From: Antechinus flavipes
Taxonomy: Eukaryota
NCBI RefSeq assembly: GCF_016432865.1
Contig: NC_067398.1
Coordinates: forward strand, 349,680,001 to 349,744,000
Length of the DNA: 64,000 nucleotides
Direction: 5' to 3'
The notes under the pieces are model-generated. The model was not told where the DNA came from. It made no database searches and saw only the letters and a program-made list of their open reading frames with translations. The translations under genes and the position numbers were made by a program. Numbering within the stretch: the stretch's first letter is position 1; each line of letters opens with the position of its first letter. Positions 34,971-45,281 of this stretch are shown here, piece after piece.

Positions 34971-37839
34971 ACAAGCAGACTGACTCACTAAACATATTTG
35001 CTGATCACAGAGTCACCTCCGAGATTGTGGAGGACAGATTTGGAGAGTCATAATCATTTTGAACCTTATAATCAGCACTTTCAATTCCTTCAAGTACTAC
35101 TTGGAAAGTAATTCAACTGAAATTCAGAAGCCAACCTAGCAACAGTACACACACTCTGTGTGAAGGAACCGAGACAAGGAAGGAGGCTACACAAGCGGGG
35201 CTGGCACCCCCTCTTCACCCCCCCCCCCCGGCCTTTCAAAGCTGTAGCCTGAACCATATTGTCACTCCCAAGCCAAGTTTGACTTCTAAAGAAATCTTTT
35301 CAAGATGTACAAAGCGGCAGAGCCCGGCGGAGTCATAAGCACTACCATCTGCCACACCAGGCCTGGTCCCATAATCCCTCGGTCTGGCAAAGTACCTTTT
35401 AACAGAGTTGCCTGCTGTGCCCAGTGAAGAATGAGCATTAGGTAATGACCTACAAAGAGTCGTGCTGTTGGAGAGTCCAACCTCTCCACCCCCACTGTCC
35501 CCCCCTGCCCAGGTCCCAGGCCTTTGGGCAATTCTAGCAGGTCTGTAGGAGGCCTTGGCACCCAGGTTAATGTGGGAAGTGTGGTGGGGTGAGGGGTTAC
35601 CTGTGGGATGAGCTATATGCATTATGCATGTGCACAAAAATTGAAAAATTGTTTTAGAATCAAGTAAAAAGGATGTGGCAACATCTCTGAATGGCTCCTG
35701 GTTAAGCTGGTTAAGCTTCCACCTAATGAGCGACCGAAATCTCTTTTACAGAAAGAATAGAGAATTCTGAGAGATTTCCATGTTTGGCTTTATACCACAG
35801 AGTTTCAGGGCCATACTGTCTAAGAAGGATTCATCAAATTCAAAATGGAAATAAATTTTTCTCTTTTCTTAGAGGGCAAACATCATCCTTAGAGGAGTAT
35901 ATATAGTGGATAAAGAGCATGTCTGGAAGTACTGCCTCTGACACAATCCCTCCATCAATCTAGCAACCAAGGTAGCTTTGAAATTAAACAATAACGCATT
36001 TTAACACAGTGTGTAAGGTCCTGATAAGCAAGAAACTTCCCACAGTTTCATGGGGAGACCAGACATCAGGACTAACAACCTATGGCAAAGCCTTTAAAAC
36101 AGAAACTTTGGGCCAAACTTGAAAGTTTCAGCAGATTGAACACTACTTAAGTGGTCTCTAGCATCTACTAACTTCATCTGCTCCAGTGGATTTTCATTTT
36201 AAGACATGTATATGTTTATCCATTTAAAAAAAAAAAAGACATTTCATTAAAAAAAAAAAAAGACAATAACAAATTCAAGAAAAATAAGTTCAAATTTGTG
36301 GAAACTTTCAAGGATTACCTATAATTATTCTTATTTCAATTGTTTAAAAGTTGCAGCTTTTGGAAACTGGCTCATTATGTTGATGAATTTAGCTGAGTGA
36401 AAATTATAACAGATATTAATTTTACTTTTAACTGCCACAAAAAGATTAATATTGAGTTGATATAGATTGAGGACACAGCACAAGGGTGCAATTCCTCTGT
36501 GTCATTAGCCTAAATTCATTTAACAGGGATAGTGGCAGATCATATTATGTAAATAAATTAGATTTCATGTGTGTATATCCTATTAAACAAATGTTACATT
36601 GCATTCAATGTTAATGCCAAGTTTTCTAGTTAGTCTTGTCTTTTCTGATTTTGATTTTAATCTTATTTTCACTTTCAAAAGTGGATGTATTTACATAGCA
36701 GTTATATTTGGAAATATCCAATAATTTTGTCAATTGCTTTGAACCCTGCTGAGAGTGTCTTGTGTCTTCCTCCAAAAGAACATGTTTCAGAGTTTGGAAA
36801 ATGTTGCCCTTGAATAATAACTAGAATGTTGGCTAAATTCTCTGGGGAGGATATCTTAGGATGACAAAGACAAGAATCTCATTGGCTGAGAATTCTCGGC
36901 AATGGATTGGTTAGACTAGCTGGAATCTTATGCTTTTTCTAGTTCTGAAATTCTGACATTTTGTGAAGAAATGTATGTATGTATTGCTGTATTCACTGGC
37001 AGAGTACATGCCTTTATCAGTGAACTAATGGACCTATTGAAGATCATGAATCCATTCTCTAGTGTTGGGGTTGGAAACATTTAGATAAGTGGAAACTAGT
37101 TACGCCTTTGTACGTTGCCTCCACCTTTCTCTGAATGGAGTCACTTTTTCCAAACTCCTCTAAGGCCTGTCCATCTTTTTTGGAAATTATGGTATTCCAT
37201 GACTCACAACCATATATTGCCAGACATCCTTAATGAGGGAGTGAAAAGGAAATAAGCAGTTTCTCATAAAGGATAACCTAGAACAAACCACAACTTTATA
37301 GATATACAATTAATCAAAACATATAGACAATGCCCAGCTAGTCCTCTTTTTTATTGACTACAGAAAAACAGATTTGATTCAGTAGAGCAAAATGTCATCT
37401 TGCACATAGTAGATGCTTAACAAGTGTTTGATTTAAATTTTGAGTGATCATCTGCAACGCTATCTGTAAGGAACAGAACCAACCAGATAGCTGTAGAGTC
37501 TCCTGTGACACTTGGGAAGTCAGTTGTGACCTCTTCAACCTCCAGGTCTGGCACAGATTTCTCTGGATTGTAAATTTAAAATTGAATTAAGTATTGAATG
37601 ACAGTATAGTGGATTATGAAGATTGAAAGACTGCTGATAACTCCCATATGGGGAGAACAGAATCAGGGCAGCTGGTGACTTGTGCATGTGCTAACTCCAT
37701 AATTAGAACCAGGAGAGAAAGGATGGCATAATGGAGAGAATGCTGGCCTAGAAATCAGGAAGGCTTGGGTACAAATTCCAATTTCATTCACATTTCTAAA
37801 TTACAAAACTGTGAGTATCAATTAAACTCTTGAGCTTCA

Positions 37840-37984
37840 GATTCCTAATCTATAAAATAGGTATAGAGAAGATAAAGTGTTTATTATATGCTGGTACTGT
37901 GCTAAGCACTGGGAATATAAATACAAACAAACAAAAAATTAGTCTCTAATCTCAAGGTGCTTATGAGGATCAAGGCTACCAGGG
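37840..37984 (+). repeat. Left arm of a long inverted repeat (MIR stub plus antisense L2 end)
   Basis: Reverse-complement match to 38579-38719. The outer 84 bp differ by 3 substitutions and 1 indel and include a perfect 44-bp run at 37880-37923. Confidence 0.95.
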
Positions 37985-38324
37985 TCATGTAGCAGTCCAG
38001 AAAGTATTATATCAAGTTGAGAATGAAGAAAACATGGCTAGGATTCCTGAAGAAATGGTGAACTCATAAATCAGAAGAAACGGTCCCAGGATAGAATCAC
38101 TGTGAGGTAAGGGAGGCTGTTGAAGAAATGGAAAAATTCACTCTACAATGCAGCTTCAAATGATGATCAAAATAGAGATAATAATAGTACCAACTTCACA
38201 GAATTGGGAAGGAAAAATTGAAGTAATTCAAATGAAAGAATATATAAAGCACTTTGAGAAGCCCTAGAGAAATGTCAGTTATTATCCCTTTATAGGATGT
38301 GAAGCAAAACTCAAAGCTCCGTTT

Positions 38325-38557
38325 ACATTAGATAGCTAAGTGGCTCGATGGCTAGTGTACCAGGGCTGGAGGCAGGAAGAACTCAGTTCAAAGCTGACCT
38401 CGGACACTAGTTGTGTGACCTTGTATAAGTCACTTAACTCTATTTATCTTAATCCACTGGAGAAAGAAATGGTAAAAACCACTCCAGTATTTTTACCATT
38501 GGTTGATTCACATTGATCCACATGATTCATGGGGTCAGGCATGACTGAATAACAACA
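38325..38557 (+). mobile_element. Mar1-like CORE-SINE inside the inverted-repeat loop
   Basis: 'agatagctaagtggctcgatggctagtgtaccagggctggaggcaggaagaactcagttcaaa...gagaaagaaatggtaaaaaccactccagtat...ggggtcaggcatgactgaataacaaca'. Confidence 0.8.
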
Positions 38558-38578
38558 CCCCATTTCCTTGCTCCATTT

Positions 38579-38719
38579 CCCTGGCAACCTTGACTCTTGT
38601 AAGCTCCTTAAGATTAGAGCCTATTTTTTTTTCTTATATTTATATTCCCAGTGCTTAGCACAGTACCAGCATATAATAAATTCTTTATCTTCTCTATGCC
38701 TATTTATAGATTAGGAATC
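38579..38719 (-). repeat. Right arm of the long inverted repeat
   Basis: Its reverse complement reads gattcctaatctataaataggcatagagaagataaagaatttattatatgctggtactgtgctaagcactgggaatataaata..., matching 37840 onward. Confidence 0.95.
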
Positions 38720-38879
38720 CAAACAACACCTTTATAAGACCAAAGGACATTAGAAAGACGGGAAACCCAAGAATTTGGAATTTGGAGGATCTGATTCTGT
38801 TCATTCAAAAAAGGTTTAAAAAAATACTTCTTAAAGACTTCAGCGTTGCAATTCTCCATATGCTAAAACTGGCCTTTAC

Positions 38880-39125
38880 TACTATTGTTCTTCAGTCATT
38901 TCAGTCCTGGCCAACTCCTTCTAACCTCAATTGGGGTTTTCTTGGCAACATTTCTGGAGTGGTTTGCTATTTCCTTCTCCAGCTCATTTTACAGATGAGC
39001 AAAGTTTGGCAAATACTGTGAAATCTCTTGCCCAGCTAAAAAGTGTCTGATGCTAGATATGAATTCAGGAAAATGAGTCATACCTGAGGCCTCGTATTCT
39101 ATCCACAGTGCCATCTATCTACTAA
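38880..39125 (-). mobile_element. Mar1-like CORE-SINE
   Basis: 'gttcttcagtcatttcagtc...ggggttttcttggcaacatttctggagtggtttgctatttccttctccagctcattttacagatgag'. Confidence 0.85.
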
Positions 39126-39294
39126 CCAAACCTGGCCTACTTTCCAAATTTGACCATGGCTCAGTGATTGGCACAAAACAATTCCCACAAAAGGAATATA
39201 ATATGGAAGACCTAGTTCATCAAGAAGTGTGCTGCACATGGTAGACACTCTCCTGTAATGATCTGCTGGACCATGGCCCAAGAATTCTTCAGAA

Positions 39295-39503
39295 AGATTG
39301 ATAAAAGAGGTTTATTATGGGGATTGGGAAGTAAGGTTAGAAACCCCAACAGAGAGGTGTAAAGTCTTGTTAGGGAAATAGATGAGGATAGAGAGAGGGT
39401 AGCACCGGAAGAGAATGTTATTCCACTGGGGAGAGGTTTCCTTGGCATAGCAAGCCTGGCATAGCTGGCATGTCAGAACCTCTGTAAATACAGGATTTTA
39501 GAT
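39295..39503 (-). mobile_element. 209-bp LTR fragment, nearly identical to 41853-42060, running into an assembly gap
   Basis: Direct repeat. The only difference I see is agcaccggaa versus agcacggaa (1-bp indel). Confidence 0.9.
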
Positions 39504-39918
39504 NNNNNNNNNNNNNNNNNNNNNNNNNNNNNNNNNNNNNNNNNNNNNNNNNNNNNNNNNNNNNNNNNNNNNNNNNNNNNNNNNNNNNNNNNNNNNNNNN
39601 NNNNNNNNNNNNNNNNNNNNNNNNNNNNNNNNNNNNNNNNNNNNNNNNNNNNNNNNNNNNNNNNNNNNNNNNNNNNNNNNNNNNNNNNNNNNNNNNNNNN
39701 NNNNNNNNNNNNNNNNNNNNNNNNNNNNNNNNNNNNNNNNNNNNNNNNNNNNNNNNNNNNNNNNNNNNNNNNNNNNNNNNNNNNNNNNNNNNNNNNNNNN
39801 NNNNNNNNNNNNNNNNNNNNNNNNNNNNNNNNNNNNNNNNNNNNNNNNNNNNNNNNNNNNNNNNNNNNNNNNNNNNNNNNNNNNNNNNNNNNNNNNNNNN
39901 NNNNNNNNNNNNNNNNNN
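39504..39918. other. Assembly gap (415 N); others at 28891-29025, 30579-30756, 33064-33200 and 56410-56538
   Basis: Runs of n in the sequence. ORFs containing X are artefacts of these gaps. Confidence 1.
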
Positions 39919-41593
39919 TAGCATACAGAGCAGTGCAAATGGAAGAATTTGATATTCCTGGATGACTTTGTGTCTGTGTCTGTAATTCTTCTGTATTGTG
40001 TGTGTTCTTAGGGAAATCTTATGTGGTAGAATCTGTTACCTAAGGTCTTGTATATATACAAACACTTATCACTTTGGTGGTGATAAGTCTGAGTCACTAG
40101 AACAGAGATAGTCGCATCCTCAGGGATGCCTATTGAAGCTTTACCTGGTCTCTTAGCTGTGACAGTGTCCAAAAGCTGCAGGGCATCAGAGTTCAAAGGG
40201 GAACTGAGAGCTGCAAGCAGCCTCTCCACCTCGAAGGCCCCTCCCAGCCCCTCCCATCACCTCTGTTTCTGTACCTCCCCAGTGCTACAAAGCAGCAAGA
40301 TTATATACTTTTAATGCTTCATTAAGCCCAATTGAAAGAGTTGATGAGAAACAGTTACAGAAGAAAGTGGATGTTCCTTAACATGAAGTATGCAACCTTG
40401 TTCAGGCTGATTATTTGCCTGGGAACTCTCTAATTGGACATTTTGCACATGTAATGGGGAAGGTTCCCTGCTCTCTGGTAGTCGTGAGGTTTGGGAAAAA
40501 GACATTTGTTGAGGAGGGTAGATTTGTCAATTAAGCACTCACCGCCTGCCGCTGAGGCAATCATTATTCCCCCGAGGAGAGGCCTTCCCTCACAGTCACA
40601 CTAGGGCTCCACCATTGTCAGGTCCAGCCTAAAAGCTGGAAGATTAGTCACCGAGTCAGTTACATGTTGAACGTGTCTGAAAATGAGGGGAAATCGCCCA
40701 GGATTTGTGAGAACTACTTTCAGTTTAAACCTTTGATCAGCAACTGAGATGAGGCTCCAGAGGATCAGCTCCTTTAAAAAAAAAATAGTTTTAAGTGAAT
40801 TTAGTTAATGGGAAATGAAGCACATTGACAATCCCGAGCTGCATGCAGCCTTTTCACCAAGCAGGTGCATTGTGAGCAATAGGAAAGGAGGCTGATGCAC
40901 ATCTGCTACTAAACAATGGACTTTGGTCATCTTCAGACAGCTCCCTCTCCAGGTGTGATGGGGAAGGTCATTTCTTGTCACTCTGCATCTAATGCTCCTC
41001 TACTCACCGTTAGAGAAATGCATCAGTGCTCGGGTGTGAGAAGGTGATAGTCCTTGGCAGGGGAAAGAATCAGGAGACATAAGGTCTCGCCCCAGCGTTC
41101 TCAATAACTGTGTATGGTGATTGTATGGATCACCGCATTTGACAGCATAACAGGGTTTAGCACGGAGCAGAGCTCATCAGTTTGTTTGGCTGAGGCAACC
41201 TCTTCATGTGGAGGAGGCAGTGATGACATGGAACAGAAGTGCTTTGTAGGAACTATGGCTTGTGGATGGACATTCTGAAACTCAAGTTTCAATTTCCTCA
41301 TAAAATGGGGAAAAGGGACAAGATGACCACTCAAGTCACTTTCTTTACTGTGAAATCTATTATGAACCCAACATCGCCAGAGAACAATAGATAATCTGGA
41401 TTTAGGGACGTCATACCAACTTTTATGCTTTTGTTCCTTTTGTGACTAATGGAATCAATGTGTGAGACCACTGGTTGGGGTTTGTAATGCAAGCTCTGAC
41501 AATGTGAGAAAGAAAAGATGAGTGGCAAGTGTCAGAATAGAGACCATAATCATATCCTTATTAGTTGTTGTTGTCATTTCAGTCATGTCCAAC

Positions 41594-42351
41594 TGATGAG
41601 GTTTAGGTTTGGGGGCTCCCTTTTGTCAGGGAACCAAATGATGAGGTCTAGATTTAGGGAACCAAAATGAGATTAGGGTTTCTGGTGGTCAGGGAGTTAG
41701 ATGATAAGGTCTAGTGGCAGGTTCGGGGTTCAAGGAACCAAATGGAGAGTGACTTGCTACACCCCCTTGGGTCCAAGGGTTAGGGAGTTTGGGGAACCCC
41801 CTTCTGGTGGTGCAGAGATTCTCTGTAAAGGAATTTACAAACCCCAAAACCTAGATTGATAAAAGAGGTTTATTATGGGGATTGGGAAGTAAGGTTAGAA
41901 ACCCCAACAGAGAGGTGTAAAGTCTTGTTAGGGAAATAGATGAGGATAGAGAGAGGGTAGCACGGAAGAGAATGTTATTCCACTGGGGAGAGGTTTCCTT
42001 GGCATAGCAAGCCTGGCATAGCTGGCATGTCAGAACCTCTGTAAATACAGGATTTTAGATTGGCTCTTTTATAATAGGAATTTTGGCTACAAGCTGAAGG
42101 GGGCTAGTGGGTGGAGTCCCAAGTTGGCTCATCTACAGGCTGGGTTTCAGCTTGAGCTGAATTTGAATAGAATTGAATGAGTTTCTTTAATTGAATAGTG
42201 TTGGAATTCTTTTGCTCAGGACTGAACTAACCCCACCTAGATAACAGAATGAAGCTGTTTATCTTGTTTCCCTCGGGTGGGGTCCCTCGCTGAGGCAGAG
42301 TCCAAGAAGAATTTCTCCTTCAAGGAGTTTTAGAGTTCCAGGGTCCCTTCA
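41594..42351 (-). mobile_element. ERV solo LTR (758 bp), probably class I/ERV1
   Basis: TG...CA termini and a perfect 4-bp TSD caac (41590-41593, 42352-42355). On the minus strand there is a TATAAAA (42067-42073) and, ~200 bp downstream, an AATAAA (41869-41874). Internal repeats of ggaaccaaa(a)tg and tgat(g/a)aggt(c/t)tag lie in the U5 part. Confidence 0.9.
42067..42073 (-). promoter_or_regulatory. LTR TATA box (TATAAAA)
   Basis: Forward ttttata inside the solo LTR, upstream of the LTR poly(A) signal as expected at the U3/R border. Confidence 0.6.
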
Positions 42352-43099
42352 CAACTTTTGTGACCCCATTTAGGGGTACTGCAAAAGTTTTCCAATTCCT
42401 TCTCCAGTAAATTTCACAGATGAGGAAACTGAGGCAATCAGGGTTAAGTGGCTTGCTCAGAGTCACAGCTAGCCTGAAGCCATATATGAATTCAAAAGAA
42501 TGAGTCTTCCTGATTCCTGCAGGGTCCAGCCCTTTAGCCATTGCATCACCTAGCTATCCTTATTAGATCCAAATTCTAACCAGGTAAACAGAGTAAGTAT
42601 AGAGCACTGTATAATTAGGTGACCACAAATTCTCCTAAAATCTTTTTTCTGCATGCTCAGGGATGAATAAGAAGCCAATCAGAAATTTTAGTGGGACATG
42701 GGAATACCAGAGTAGCTCTGCTTTACATGGGGTCAAGATGTTGATTGTCTGAATTCTTATAATAGAGGACAGAGTCCTTAGAGAGGAGGCTTGAAGTGCA
42801 AATACACAAAGGAGAAAGAACATAGTGAATACAATTCATTCAGTTTAAGGTAATATCTGATTTCATGCAGGGGGGTGGGGGTGCGGTTTATGTGGAGAGG
42901 AAGAATTTGATAGGGTGTCATTGAAGGCCAAAGAGGATAGAGAAAGAATAATTCTAGAAACTAAGCTTTCCTTTATTTATAATTTTGCCACAGACAAACC
43001 TTAAATATGAGCTGATTGACTGAAAATTCCAAACAAGGAAGTCTGGAGAGAAGAAAGAACTATCCATCCTGATGGTTTATGATGTTTAGGATTCATTCA

Positions 43100-43390
43100 T
43101 ACATCCCATAGATATTTATTAAGCATATATTATGTGAAGAGCACTGTGTTATGCTGAGGAGACAATACAAAGATTATATGTGACATAAACCCTAACCTCT
43201 TGGCCTTTATAGAATAATCAGAGGATAAACTGCATACACAGATAACTTCAATACAAAATCATATGCAATAAGAACTCAGGAAAGATATGAAATAACGTAC
43301 TATATGAGATGTGAAAATAAAAATAGCATTTTTACCTGGGGAATCAAAGATGTCTCCCTGGAGAGAGTAGCATTTGAAGCTGCTTGGAAG
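43100..43390 (-). mobile_element. L2 3' fragment
   Basis: 'attcattcatacatcccatagatatttattaagcatatattatgtgaagagcactgtgttatgctgagg'. Confidence 0.7.
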
Positions 43391-44074
43391 AATTTCAGGA
43401 ATAGAGTAGTCTATACCACATACTTAGCAACCCCAGAATCCTGGTATAGTCTTTAAAAAGGCTTCCACTTTCTCTGTTAGCAGCCTTCTTTTCCTACCCA
43501 TCTTCCCAGCCAATTCACATACCAGTGAGGGATGATGTTCCTCCACATGGTGGGAAAGGGGAGAAGAAAAAAAAATACCAATCAGTTGTGTTTCCATTAT
43601 TTCCAAGGAGTATTTTGCTAAAGAAGAAAGGGGTTCTGAATCCCAGTGGGTCCTGAGATGAAGAAAGACAGTTTTAATGACTTCCTAATTCAATTAGAAT
43701 CTGATTCATATCTAAAAAGTGAAAGCTGTTTTCCACTGAACTGCTATTAGAACCCACTTTTGTCTTTGGGGGGTAGGGTTGATTCATTGTCTTGGAGTTG
43801 AAATTCTGAAATGTCAATTGTTAAAAACCTGCCAAGTCCAAAGGAAAACCATGAACAGGATAAAACTAGCCTGACATTTACTAGAAAGCAGGTTGTAATG
43901 AGAAGATTCCAAATAACATCTTCCATCTTATCCCATCCTCCAAGGGTGTCAACATGTTAGAGTTTGGGGGGAATCTTGTTTCATAGAAATAACTTATTAG
44001 TCTTCTTCAATGAATTAGACCAGAGATAATCACGGGTAGTGTATTTTATCTCCAAATGACTTAACAGAACTACT

Positions 44075-44390
44075 GTTCATTATGGGTCTTCAACCAATCA
44101 GTCAACCAACAGGTATTTATGAAATGTCTACTATGTATCAGACACCATTCTAAGTTCTAAAAATACAAAACCCAAAGTAAATCTGTTCCTACTTTGAAAG
44201 AATTTCCATTTTCACAGGGGAAATGTATGCAAATATGTGGATATATATCACACTTAGATAAAATAGATATCAAGTCACCTTGGATGGGGAGACAGCTGGG
44301 GAGATCAGGTAAAGCTTCATGTAGAACATTGCACTTGAATTAAGTTTTGAAGGTATCCAAGGATTCCAAATGCTGAAGGTGAGAAAGGAA
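44075..44390 (-). mobile_element. L2 3' fragment
   Basis: 'caaccaatcagtcaaccaacaggtatttatgaaatgtctactatgtatcagacaccattctaag'. Confidence 0.7.
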
Positions 44391-44538
44391 GATGCCTCTT
44401 AATTTCCCTAGCTTTCTGCAGGACAGTGCAAATTCTACCTTCTGTAGATCTTTCCTAGACCACCCCAGTTTGCTAGTGCCTTCCCCTTTGAGATAACCTT
44501 CTATCTACTATTTCATCATCTATTTTTCAGGTTATTTT

Positions 44539-45066
44539 TACATTTACTTTTAGATTGTACATGTACATTTTTACACATTTCCATATGAATCATATTGGAA
44601 GAATAAAAAATAAGAACAAAAGGGAAAAACCACAAGAAAAAAAAATACAGAAAAAAAAAGGTGAAAATAATAAGCTCTTTGATCTGCATTCAATTCTCAT
44701 AGTTCTCTTTCTGGAGACAGAGGAAATTTTCCATTCAAAGTTTATTAGAATTGCTTTGGATCACTGAATTGCTGAGAGGAGCCAAGTATACATGTATGTT
44801 GATCATCATGCCATCTTGCCATTGCTGTGTTTTCCTGGTTCTGCTTACTTCATTCAGCATCATTTCATGTAAATCTTTTCAGGCTTTTCTAAAATCAGTC
44901 TGTTCATTATTTCTTATAGTACAATAACATTCCATTACATATTCAGCCACTCCTCAATTATAAGCATCCACCCAATTTCCAATTCCTTGCTACCACAAAG
45001 AGATGCTAGAAACATTTTTTTCATATGTGGGTCCTTTTCCTTTCTTTTACGATTTCTTTGGGTATG
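44539..45066 (-). mobile_element. 5'-truncated L1 (ORF2 end plus 3'UTR)
   Basis: 'catccacccaatttccaattccttgctaccacaaagagatgctagaaacattttttcatatgtgggtcctttt' parallels 3228-3310. 12-bp TSD tcaggttatttt at 44527-44538 and 45067-45078. Confidence 0.85.
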
Positions 45067-45137
45067 TCAGGTTATTTTGATGTCTTCTTCACCAATAGAA
45101 TGTACGGCCCTAGAAGGCAAAGACTACATTTTTTTAT

Positions 45138-45281
45138 TTGTTTTTACTAAGGCAGTTGGGGTTAAAGTGACTTGTCCAGGATCACACAGCAAGGAAGTGT
45201 TAAGTGTCTGAGGCCAGATTTGAACTCAGTTCCTCCTGACTTCAGGGCTGGTGCTCTATCCACTGCACCATCTAGCTGCCC
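45138..45281 (-). mobile_element. WSINE1-like SINE, little diverged
   Basis: 'ggcagttggggttaaagtgacttgtccaggatcacacagcaaggaagtgttaagtgtctgaggccagatttgaactcagttcctcctgacttcagggctggtgctctatccactgcaccatctagctgccc'. Confidence 0.85.

Larger units (their letters stand above)
41563..42559 (-). mobile_element. Mar1-like CORE-SINE split by the solo LTR (pieces 41563-41593 and 42352-42559)
   Basis: 'gttgttgttgtcatttcagtcatgtccaac' joins 'ttttgtgaccccatttagggg...cagatgaggaaactgaggcaatcagggttaagtg' to give a continuous SINE. Confidence 0.85.

Noticed and set aside
30517-39938. ORFs containing long X runs (30517, 30536, 32964-33247, 39418, 39498; also 56375 and 56389)
   Set aside because: These are artefacts of reading through N gaps.
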